Positions 9,201 to 16,591 of a DNA stretch of 18,100 bases are shown piece by piece (position 1 is the stretch's first letter; each line of letters begins with the position of its first letter). Location: the NCBI GenBank assembly GCA_964520895.1, contig CAZFOR010000023.1, forward strand, positions 1-18,100, in the 5' to 3' direction. The notes under the pieces are model-generated. The model did no database searches. It saw only the letters and a list, made by a program, of their open reading frames with translations, and was not told the origin of the DNA. The position numbers and the translations under genes were made by a program. This stretch comes from an uncultured Eubacteriales bacterium (GTDB lineage: Bacteria > Bacillota > Clostridia > TANB77 > SIG350).

Positions 9201-10889
9201 CTAACTAATAACAGTCTTGACTTCCGTAATAGTATTAAAGTCAATTGTGTCATCAATTAAATCTTCTACCCAAGAATACTGATGTGTCGCAAGCATTACG
9301 AAACGCTGTTTGTCTGAGTTACAATAATCTTTTATGAATTTAACTATTTTAACTCCTGTTTCTCTATCAACGTTTCCAATTGGCTCATCAAATAGAAGTA
9401 AATCAACAGATTCATCTAATTGATAAAGCACCCTTGCCAGCAGTACCCTTTGGTCTAAACCAGTACTCAAATCAGTTTTATACGAATTTTTTAAATAACT
9501 AATTAAGTCCTGATTGCTTGTATTTGCCTTCATTGAAAAATTTTCGTAAAGACAAACACCTTTTAAAATATCAACTAACTTTTCTTCATCCTCCTCTGTT
9601 GCTAGTGTAATTTCATCGTAGAGGCTTTTTGTACCTAATCTAGCCTCTTTGAAATACTTTATGGCAGAAATGTTATACCCAATATCTCCTATTTCTCCAA
9701 CAAGTAAATCTATTAATGTCGACTTTCCTGCACCACTTTTACCATTAAGAAGAGTTAAGTTACCTTTTTTAATAGTAATTTCTTTGCTATTTTCTAAAGA
9801 AAAATTCGAGTATTTATGCTCAAACTTACTGATAACTAATGTGTCATCTTTTATTTCCTTTAATCTTTTCTCCACTTCATCATTGTATTCATTCATAATA
9901 AGTGAAAAGTTTACATACTTCTCATCTAATTCTATCTTTGACTTTACCAAATTAGAAAATAATTTTATGAATGAACTAACACTTGATAACACTCTACTAT
10001 ATATAGTAGAAATTGCAACTATGGACAAAAACTCGCCTGGTGTAAATTGACCAATACCTTTCTCAAAAAATGAAATTAATACCACTGCTATGATACTAAT
10101 TGATAGCATCATAGATTCAATAAAATTATTTTTTGAGTGTGCCTTAAAGAACTTAAAATTGATAATTAGAAAACGCTTATTTGAGCTACAGAAATTTTCA
10201 GCCATATAATTTTGATGTACATTGTTTATAGGTTCAATTTGCAATAAATCTTGTGTCGCATTGTTCAAAATAGTTCTTTCATTTTCCCTTTCTTTAGAGG
10301 TTTTACTAGCCTTTTTACAATTATCGTATGATAGCATTATAGTCATTAAAACACAAATGACAATAACAATAAATAGCAATGAAGAATTTTCTACTTTACT
10401 AATTGATACTTTCATTAAGCCAATAAAAGATATACAAAATACAATTGCATTAATAATAAAATTTAAAATTCCAATTATCATTTTGTAGTAATCCTCCAAA
10501 TAGACTTTTAGCACATTAAGTATATTTGCTGTACTAAAAACTATTCCGTCTTTATCCTTTACTTTTCTTCTTGTCTTTGATAAAACTCTTATTGCCTTAC
10601 TATTAATGTCATTATCTTTTTCAATTCCTGATTTATTTGCTAGTTTTTCAGTTGATAAAGATAAAAAATCAGTAATAACATCCTGAAGTAAATACACTCC
10701 AAACAAGATTAGACCCAAAATAACATTTCCTGCATTTATTTGCTCAGTTGCTCCATTTAGCAAAAAAACAAACAACTGCCTAACTAATGATGATAAACCT
10801 CCTAATACTAATAAAATAAGTTGATACTTTTTTAACTCTCTTGACATTTTCAAAACGTCATCTTTGCCGGCCGAGAAAAACTTTCTCAT
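9201..10889 (-). CDS. ABC exporter, fused transmembrane and ATP-binding domains
   Basis: Multiple TM helices, then LLNGKSGAGKSTL (Walker A), LSTGLDQRVLLARVL (degenerate signature), VDLLLFDEPIGNVD (Walker B), LATHQYSW (H-loop). RBS AAAGGAGG. Confidence 0.9.
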   Translation of the reverse strand: MRKFFSAGKDDVLKMSRELKKYQLILLVLGGLSSLVRQLFVFLLNGATEQINAGNVILGLILFGVYLLQDVITDFLSLSTEKLANKSGIEKDNDINSKAIRVLSKTRRKVKDKDGIVFSTANILNVLKVYLEDYYKMIIGILNFIINAIVFCISFIGLMKVSISKVENSSLLFIVIVICVLMTIMLSYDNCKKASKTSKERENERTILNNATQDLLQIEPINNVHQNYMAENFCSSNKRFLIINFKFFKAHSKNNFIESMMLSISIIAVVLISFFEKGIGQFTPGEFLSIVAISTIYSRVLSSVSSFIKLFSNLVKSKIELDEKYVNFSLIMNEYNDEVEKRLKEIKDDTLVISKFEHKYSNFSLENSKEITIKKGNLTLLNGKSGAGKSTLIDLLVGEIGDIGYNISAIKYFKEARLGTKSLYDEITLATEEDEEKLVDILKGVCLYENFSMKANTSNQDLISYLKNSYKTDLSTGLDQRVLLARVLYQLDESVDLLLFDEPIGNVDRETGVKIVKFIKDYCNSDKQRFVMLATHQYSWVEDLIDDTIDFNTITEVKTVIS

Positions 10890-10988
10890 TTAAATGCCTC
10901 CTTTAAAATTATTTGTTTACATAATTATTGTATCATTTATTTATAGCTTTTGCAATTATATGGTCACTATTTTAGTATAAGTAGTCAA

Positions 10989-11041
10989 AAAAAATAGACA
11001 AAAGTACAAATCATACTTTCATCTATTTGATATTATTATAT
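10989..11041 (-). terminator. Duplicated terminator copy 1, downstream of the DUF4143-type ATPase
   Basis: Minus-strand AAATAGATGAAAGTA-tgatttg-TACTTTTGTCTATTT plus U tract: 15-bp RNA stem with two G-U pairs. 52/53 identical to 12388-12440. Confidence 0.7.
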
Positions 11042-11047
11042 ATTCAC

Positions 11048-12266
11048 CTAGTTATTAGTAAAAAGATTATCTTCTAATAAAAAATCAATAATATTTTTAT
11101 GAATAATCCCATTTTGGCTATAATTTATTTTATCCATTGTTATAACATATTTAGGATAATTATCATCTATTCCGCTTGTATGCTCCAAACTCTCTTTTAA
11201 TTACATCATCACTAGATAAGTAATCTGCAACTTGTATATATATCCTTTCACCAAAATTATCTATTATAAAATCTATTTCTCCTTTATCTGTCTTACCTAT
11301 ATATACTTCATATCCTCTAGCTATTAATTCATTATATACTATATTTTCTAATCTTCCTCCTGTTTTTTTCTCAACTGGAGATTTTTTTAATTGTAACAAA
11401 CCTAAATCTGTTAAATAATATTTTTCTAATGTAGCCATTACATTCTTTCCACGTATATCATATCTATTTACTTTATTTATGATAAGAGAATTATTTATAT
11501 ATCCAATATAATTTAAAATTGTATCTGCAGTAGTTGATATTTTTTCACTTTTTAAATATTTTGTTATTGAATTAGCAGAAATAACACCACCTATATTTTC
11601 CATAATAAACTGTATTATTCTATTTAAAAGGTTTATATCTTTTATTTTACTTCTTTCAACTATATCAACTAAGATTATTGTATTATATAAATCTTTTAAG
11701 TATAATTTTCTTTCTTGATTACTTTGTGTATTAAATATTTGTGGCATTCCACCCCACTGAATATATTCTAAAAACTCCTTATCTTTATCTAACAATTCCC
11801 CTTTTTCTTTTTCTAATTCTAAAAACTCCTTAAAAGTAAATGGCATCATTTTAATACTAATATATCTGCCAGATAAATGTGTTGCAAGTTCTCCTGATAA
11901 TAATTTACTATTAGAACCAGTAATAAATATACTTGCATTTAATGTAGCCCTAAATGAATTTACTACTTTTTCAAATTCATTTACATTTTGTATTTCATCA
12001 AAAAATAAATAGTATTTTTTTTCATCTTTTATAAGTGATTTAATGTAACTATGAAATTTCTTTGGCTCAGTATAATCTATATAATCATAATCTTCAAAAT
12101 TGATATAAATTATATGACTATCTTGTATTCCTTTCTCTTTTAATTCATTAATTATTTGATTTAATAAAACTGATTTTCCTGAACGCCTTACTCCTACGAT
12201 TACTTTAATTAACTCACTATCAAAAAACGGTCTTATTTTACTTAAATACATTTCTCTCTTAATCAT
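11048..12266 (-). CDS. AAA-family ATPase of the DUF4143 type; complete frame needs a +1 shift at CGG (11172-11174)
   Basis: KVIVGVRRSGKSVLLNQI (Walker A), YYLFFDEIQNV (Walker B), ITGSNSKLLSGELATHLSGRY, GGRLENIVYNELIARGYEVYIGK. The zero-frame ORF stops at 11163; skipping one nucleotide continues IDDNYPKYVITMDKINYSQNGIIHKNIIDFLLEDNLFTNN* to TAG at 11048. ATG 12266 has an AAAGGAG RBS. Confidence 0.85.
11172..11174 (-). other. Candidate +1 frameshift site AAG CGG A (read as AAG-c-GGA)
   Basis: The only in-frame CGG in the gene, 3 codons before a zero-frame TGA. The post-shift frame encodes the conserved family C-terminus. Confidence 0.7.
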
Positions 12267-12287
12267 ACTATTCAGCTCCTTTAATAT

Positions 12288-12316
12288 ATAATAACATATA
12301 TTATATATTATGTCAA
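12288..12316 (-). promoter_or_regulatory. Predicted promoter TTGACA-N17-TATTAT for the ATPase gene
   Basis: Minus strand TTGACATAATATATAATATATGTTATTAT just upstream of the AAAGGAG RBS. Confidence 0.6.
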
Positions 12317-12332
12317 ACTTTTTCCATTTATA

Positions 12333-12367
12333 CTCGAAAAATTTTTGGTTTTTTATTTTTTTTCGAG
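12333..12367. repeat. Inverted repeat CTCGAAAAA-N17-TTTTTCGAG (extendable by one pair)
   Basis: Direct reading of both arms in the intergenic region upstream of the ATPase promoter. Confidence 0.6.
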
Positions 12368-12387
12368 TTAGTAAATATTTCGTGTGT

Positions 12388-12440
12388 AAAAAATAGACAA
12401 AAGTATAAATCATACTTTCATCTATTTGATATTATTATAT
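12388..12440 (-). terminator. Duplicated terminator copy 2, downstream of the MurL-like gene
   Basis: aaaaaatagacaaaagtataaatcatactttcatctatttgatattattatat differs from copy 1 only at one C/T. Confidence 0.7.
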
Positions 12441-12451
12441 CCATATTTAGC

Positions 12452-13840
12452 CTATCTATGCATCGTATATTTCTTTTTTAATACTTCTAAATAAATATCA
12501 GGTACTAAGTTTTCATTATTAAAATATGTATCATAATTTTCATTTACAACATAATTTTGTATATAATCATAATATTTAGAAACTAATATTGGTAAAGCTT
12601 TTATATCATTACTACTTATATATTTTTTAAGTGCATAAATAATCTCATCTTTTGTTCCAACACATTCAAAAGGTTTTTCTATTTCTAGCCCTATTAATTT
12701 TCTAAACTCTAATTCTAATTGTATATCCTCTAACATATTTTTATTAAATATTTCATTTAATTTATCTTTTTGTAAAAATGGTGAAAGTAAAATATATACA
12801 AATACACATTTCGGACATTTCCCACACCAAATATTTTGCTTTATACCTGCATTACAACTTCTAAATATATTTAAATATTTATCATATTTTACTAATTGTT
12901 TTGTGATTTGATACTCACTAATTGGTCTTAATAAACTAAAATATTTAATTTTATCAGTAAAATATTTACTAGTATAATCATTAAAGTCTTGTTCAAATTC
13001 AAAACTTTTTGAATATTGATGGTTTATATTTGTACCTTCAATATTTCCTTCATTACTACTAGATTCATTTGATAAAACAATATATTCTTTACCAAGCAAT
13101 ATTGCTGATAAAAAACTTACAAAAGCTATCATACTAGATATTGGAACATGACCATTTATATATCCTTTTTCATTTAACTCAAATAACTTAGTATCTAAAT
13201 TTCTATCTACCTCAAATGTATCTTTCTCATCAAATCCAGCTACTTTGCATGTATCATATGATGCCTGTCTTTTATGATAAAACATAAACGGAGTGTTTTC
13301 ATATTGTTTTAATAATTCTAATGTAACAATACTATCTTTTCCACCACCTATTGGTATTAAGTTTCCGTTATATTCATATTTATTAAAATCAATATTATTG
13401 AAGCTGCCTTTTAACTCTTTATTTGATATTATTGATATAAAATCATCTATTTCTATATGTTCAAATCCATTTAAATATCTTAATTCACCTAATCCGTTAT
13501 ATATAAGTTTTTGCCACCATTTTGTTTGATAATCATCTAAATATCCACATTCAACATTAAATACCTTGCTACATGTTGTTTTATAGTAACTTATTGCCTC
13601 TGCAATTCCTATATTAAAAATACACATCTTAGATATATCTGAATATATATCAACCATAAAACCTTTTTGTATTTTGTTAATATATATTTTATTATTAAAT
13701 TCAATTTTATTATCCAATGAATATATAAATACTATTTCATATTTATTATCTAACTCGTTAATTATATAGTCTTTATATATAAACTCTTTATATTCACTTC
13801 TTAAATTATTAAACTTTTCTAAATTATTTATTTTATCCAT
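12452..13840 (-). CDS. MurL-like PP-loop protein (UDP-MurNAc-L-Ala-L-Glu epimerase family resemblance)
   Basis: LIPIGGGKDSIVTLELLKQ (PP-loop GGGKDS), AEAISYYKTTCSKVFNVECGYLDDYQTKWWQKLIYNGLGELRYLNG, IKQNIWCGKCPKCVFVYILLSPFL. ATG at 13840 is preceded by AAAGGA. Confidence 0.6.
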   Translation of the reverse strand: MDKINNLEKFNNLRSEYKEFIYKDYIINELDNKYEIVFIYSLDNKIEFNNKIYINKIQKGFMVDIYSDISKMCIFNIGIAEAISYYKTTCSKVFNVECGYLDDYQTKWWQKLIYNGLGELRYLNGFEHIEIDDFISIISNKELKGSFNNIDFNKYEYNGNLIPIGGGKDSIVTLELLKQYENTPFMFYHKRQASYDTCKVAGFDEKDTFEVDRNLDTKLFELNEKGYINGHVPISSMIAFVSFLSAILLGKEYIVLSNESSSNEGNIEGTNINHQYSKSFEFEQDFNDYTSKYFTDKIKYFSLLRPISEYQITKQLVKYDKYLNIFRSCNAGIKQNIWCGKCPKCVFVYILLSPFLQKDKLNEIFNKNMLEDIQLELEFRKLIGLEIEKPFECVGTKDEIIYALKKYISSNDIKALPILVSKYYDYIQNYVVNENYDTYFNNENLVPDIYLEVLKKKYTMHR

Positions 13841-13921
13841 AATATATCCTTTCAATTATATATAATATATATTTATTTTCTATTTAATATATTATCACAA
13901 AAAAATACTAAAGTACAATAA

Positions 13922-13955
13922 AAAAGAGAATTTTAATAAAATCAAATTCTCTTTT
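13922..13955 (-). terminator. Intrinsic terminator of the sigma-F operon
   Basis: 12-bp arms AAAAGAGAATTT / AAATTCTCTTTT with 10-nt loop just after the sigF stop. Confidence 0.75.
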
Positions 13956-13962
13956 CAGGTTA

Positions 13963-14676
13963 CTATATTTTTTGTTTAAAATCTTCTAATATTTTTTTTT
14001 CTATTCTACTAACTTGTACTTGAGATATTCCTAGAATCTTGCTTATCTCAGTTTGAGTTTTCTGCCTATAATATCTAAGCAATATTATTTGTTTATCTCT
14101 ATCATTCAAATTATTTATCATATTTTTAACTAAAATAGTATTTGTAGACACTTCTTGTTCATCAATATTTGTTGATAACATATCTAAAACAGTATTATTA
14201 TCCTCATCATTACCTATTGTATTTTCAATATATTCAGGCTTATAGTTGCATTCCATAGCTTCTATTATATCATCAATAGGAACTTCTAATTGTTTTGATA
14301 ATTCACTAATTGTAATTTCTTTACCATATTGATTCAAATACCTTTGTTTACAATCATATATTTTATAACTTAATTCTTTTATACTTCTACTGACTTTAAT
14401 AATTCCGTCATCTCGTATAAACCTTTTTATTTCTCCCATTATAACTGGAACTAAATAGGTTGATAATTTAGTATTAAAATCAAAATTAAAATTTCTTATA
14501 CCTTTTATAAACCCTTCACAACCTATTTGAAACAAATCTTCTTTTTCATAATCTCTATTACTAAATTTTTTTACTATATTCCATACTAATTTTATATTTT
14601 CATCTAATAGTTTTGACATTGCTTCTTTATTTCCATTTTGTGCTTTTAGAATAGTCAATCTTAAATCTCTAGTCAT
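13963..14676 (-). CDS. sigF: Sporulation sigma factor SigF
   Basis: ENIKLVWNIVKKFSNRDYEKEDLFQIGCEGFIKGIRNF, YLVPVIMGEIKRFIRDDGIIKVSRSIKEL, RYYRQKTQTEISKILGISQVQVSRIEKKIL; follows spoIIAB. Confidence 0.93.
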   Translation of the reverse strand: MTRDLRLTILKAQNGNKEAMSKLLDENIKLVWNIVKKFSNRDYEKEDLFQIGCEGFIKGIRNFNFDFNTKLSTYLVPVIMGEIKRFIRDDGIIKVSRSIKELSYKIYDCKQRYLNQYGKEITISELSKQLEVPIDDIIEAMECNYKPEYIENTIGNDEDNNTVLDMLSTNIDEQEVSTNTILVKNMINNLNDRDKQIILLRYYRQKTQTEISKILGISQVQVSRIEKKILEDFKQKI

Positions 14677-14720
14677 GCCAAAATCTCCTCTTTTGTAAAA
14701 TTTATTTAATTAAATATGTA

Positions 14721-15146
14721 TTACTCTTTTTGTGATATTTTCTTTTTCATAATTACTTTTGTACCTAGTTTTAAATTAGATTCAATTTCTAATTCATCCA
14801 TAAAGCTCTCCATTATTGTAAATCCCATACCAGATCTTTCTAAGTCAGGTTTTGATGTGTATAATGCTTGTCTTGCTAAATTAATATTTTCAATTCCTTT
14901 ACCTTTATCTGATATTTCAATTTCAATTGTTTTATCAATTATTTTACATACAATAGTTATAACACCTTCCATGTTTTCATATCCATGTATTATTGAGTTT
15001 GTTACAGCTTCTGATACAGCAGTTTTTATATCAGCCATTTGATCAATAGTAGGATCTAATTGTGCTGCAAATGCTGAAACTGCAATTCTTGCAAATGATT
15101 CATTATTTGATTTACTTAAAAATTCTAGTTTCATTATATTTTCCAT
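14721..15146 (-). CDS. spoIIAB: Anti-sigma F factor SpoIIAB (serine kinase, GHKL)
   Basis: [91 protein letters not shown] overlaps the region just after the restored spoIIAA stop. Confidence 0.95.
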   Translation of the reverse strand: MENIMKLEFLSKSNNESFARIAVSAFAAQLDPTIDQMADIKTAVSEAVTNSIIHGYENMEGVITIVCKIIDKTIEIEISDKGKGIENINLARQALYTSKPDLERSGMGFTIMESFMDELEIESNLKLGTKVIMKKKISQKE

Positions 15147-15148
15147 TT

Positions 15149-15494
15149 TTACCCCCTTACACTGCTTAATATTGCATCATCTTCGTTTTGATATAAATCA
15201 ATAATCTTAAATATACCTGACATTTCAAATATTCTTTTAACATTATCATTAACATTTATCAAACATAACTTACCATTGTTTCTAATTATATTTTTATATC
15301 TCCCGAAGTATCATTCCTATTCCTGAACTATCCATAAATTCCACTTGTTGTAAATCAAAGATTAATTTCTTAGGTTTGTATTTATTAATTTCAAAATCAC
15401 TCCTTCTTTTAATATACTCACAACTATGATGATCAATGTCATCTAACAACTTAATTATAATTATATTACTAGCCTTGTCCATTTTTATTTCCAT
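15149..15494 (-). CDS. spoIIAA: Anti-sigma F factor antagonist SpoIIAA; complete frame needs a +1 shift at CGG (15303-15305)
   Basis: Zero frame: ...[23 protein letters not shown] (66 aa). Skipping C15305 gives ...[62 protein letters not shown] (114 aa), matching the canonical FMDSSGLGVILGRYK...VKRLFDMSGLFKII pattern. Confidence 0.93.
15303..15305 (-). other. Candidate +1 frameshift site CTT CGG G (read as CTT-c-GGG)
   Basis: The only in-frame CGG in spoIIAA, followed after two codons by zero-frame TAA (CGG GAG ATA TAA). Confidence 0.75.
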
Positions 15495-15578
15495 GCTTTT
15501 CCCCCTCTCTCATACATACTAAATACAATCTTTCTATATCTATTCCTTCATAGAAAAATGTTATATTTTGTAATAAAT

Positions 15579-15608
15579 ATGACATAATATGATAAATAAT
15601 TATGTCAT
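15579..15608. promoter_or_regulatory. Perfect 10-bp inverted repeat ATGACATAAT-N10-ATTATGTCAT, possible operator
   Basis: Direct sequence reading. Lies between the divergent spoIIAA operon and rpmB. Confidence 0.45.
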
Positions 15609-15709
15609 TCAAGATATTTCTATTTGGTTCCACAAAACTGATAATTATGGTACTTTATATTTAAATTTAAAAAATATTTAAGAAAATTAAATCAATTTTA
15701 TATTAAAAC

Positions 15710-15738
15710 TTGTATTTATTTTTTATTTATGCTAAAAT
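15710..15738 (+). promoter_or_regulatory. Predicted rpmB promoter TTGTAT-N17-TAAAAT (extended -10 TGc)
   Basis: Spacing and extended -10 element upstream of AAGGAGGT RBS at 15763-15770. Confidence 0.5.
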
Positions 15739-15776
15739 AGTATGGCAATGTTAAAAAAAACTAAGGAGGTGCTATT

Positions 15777-15962
15777 ATGGCAAAATGTGAAGTATGTGGA
15801 AAAGGTAAAGTGTTTTTTAAACAAGTAAGTCATTCACATAAAATATCAAGCAAAGCTTGGAAACCAAATTTAAGAACTGTTAAAACTTTAGTAAATGGAG
15901 AAAACAAAAAAATAACTATGTGTGCTAAATGTTTAAGAACAAGTAAATTACAAAAAAACTAA
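15777..15962 (+). CDS. rpmB: 50S ribosomal protein L28 (zinc-ribbon, Cys-containing form)
   Basis: MAKCEVCGKGKVFFKQVSHSHKISSKAWKPNLRTVKT...MCAKCLRTSKLQKN; strong RBS AAGGAGGT. Confidence 0.96.
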   Translation: MAKCEVCGKGKVFFKQVSHSHKISSKAWKPNLRTVKTLVNGENKKITMCAKCLRTSKLQKN

Positions 15963-15970
15963 TAAAATTT

Positions 15971-15993
15971 ACACCTTAATTGGTGTTTTTTTT
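15971..15993 (+). terminator. Intrinsic terminator after rpmB
   Basis: ACACC-ttaatt-GGTGT followed by T tract. Confidence 0.75.
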
Positions 15994-16017
15994 ATTTATA
16001 TTGAAAGACACAAAAAA

Positions 16018-16048
16018 ACAGAAGATAAATTCTCTTAAAATCTTCTGT
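16018..16048 (-). terminator. Terminator of the GHKL ATPase gene
   Basis: Arms ACAGAAGA / TCTTCTGT; minus-strand copy followed by T7. Confidence 0.65.
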
Positions 16049-16057
16049 TTTTTATTG

Positions 16058-16474
16058 TTATATTAAATTAATTTCTACATCAATAGTAGTTCCTACACCT
16101 ATTTCTGATGCAATATTTAATGTATCACTATTATCTTGTATAACACTAAGACCTCTTCCAAGCCCATATCCCTTTTCTTTCATTTCATTATTTGCAGTTG
16201 TAAATCCTTCTTCAAAAGCAAGTCCTATATTTTCAATTCCAGGTCCTTTGTCTCTAAATCTTGCTTTTAATATATTATCATATATATTAATTTCTATTTC
16301 ACCTGAATCTGCATAAAGTTTAATATTTTTTTCAGCTTCATATACTACTTTTTCAATTTTTTCTAATACATCTGTTTTAATATTATATTCTTTAATATTA
16401 TCCATTAGGTCTTTTGTTATATCTCCAATTTTTGTATCTTTTGTTATTTGCTTATATATGTAAATCTTATCCAT
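16058..16474 (-). CDS. GHKL-type ATP-binding protein (RsbT/SpoIIAB-like serine kinase fold)
   Basis: VLEKIEKVVYEAEKNIKLYA, ARFRDKGPGIENIGLAFEEGFTT, EKGYGLGRGLSVIQDNSD (N, G1 and G2 boxes). Start at 16474 favoured by the GAAAGGA RBS. Confidence 0.8.
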   Translation of the reverse strand: MDKIYIYKQITKDTKIGDITKDLMDNIKEYNIKTDVLEKIEKVVYEAEKNIKLYADSGEIEINIYDNILKARFRDKGPGIENIGLAFEEGFTTANNEMKEKGYGLGRGLSVIQDNSDTLNIASEIGVGTTIDVEINLI

Positions 16475-16539
16475 AACCATCCTTTCAATATATATTTTAT
16501 TCATGTATATGTATTATATCACTTTTTTAAAAAAATGTA

Positions 16540-16568
16540 TAGACATATTTTTTTTGCTATGCTATACT
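16540..16568 (+). promoter_or_regulatory. Predicted promoter TAGACA-N17-TATACT
   Basis: Upstream of AAAGGAG RBS and ATG 16592. Confidence 0.6.
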
Positions 16569-16591
16569 GTTTCAGAAAGGAGTGGTAAAAA

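Noticed and set aside
12288-12440. CRISPR array or classical IS element around the ATPase
   Set aside because: Only two copies of the 53-bp repeat, 1.4 kb apart, in direct orientation, with terminator structure. No transposase, terminal inverted repeats or spacer pattern.
14716-15042. Plus-strand 108-aa ORF antisense to spoIIAB
   Set aside because: Shadow ORF of the conserved spoIIAB coding frame.
8826-15494. Interpreting the three frame breaks as ordinary sequencing errors or pseudogenes
   Set aside because: Not excluded for any single case, but all three coincide with the only in-frame CGG codons, have the same sign (+1) and restore complete C-termini with no other lesions. Error alone is unlikely; raw reads should still be checked.
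8826-15494. Simple reassignment of CGG to another amino acid (Trp/Gln as in some Firmicutes)
   Set aside because: Reassignment would keep the zero frame, but zero-frame translation after each CGG is non-homologous and terminates early (within 2-3 codons at two sites).
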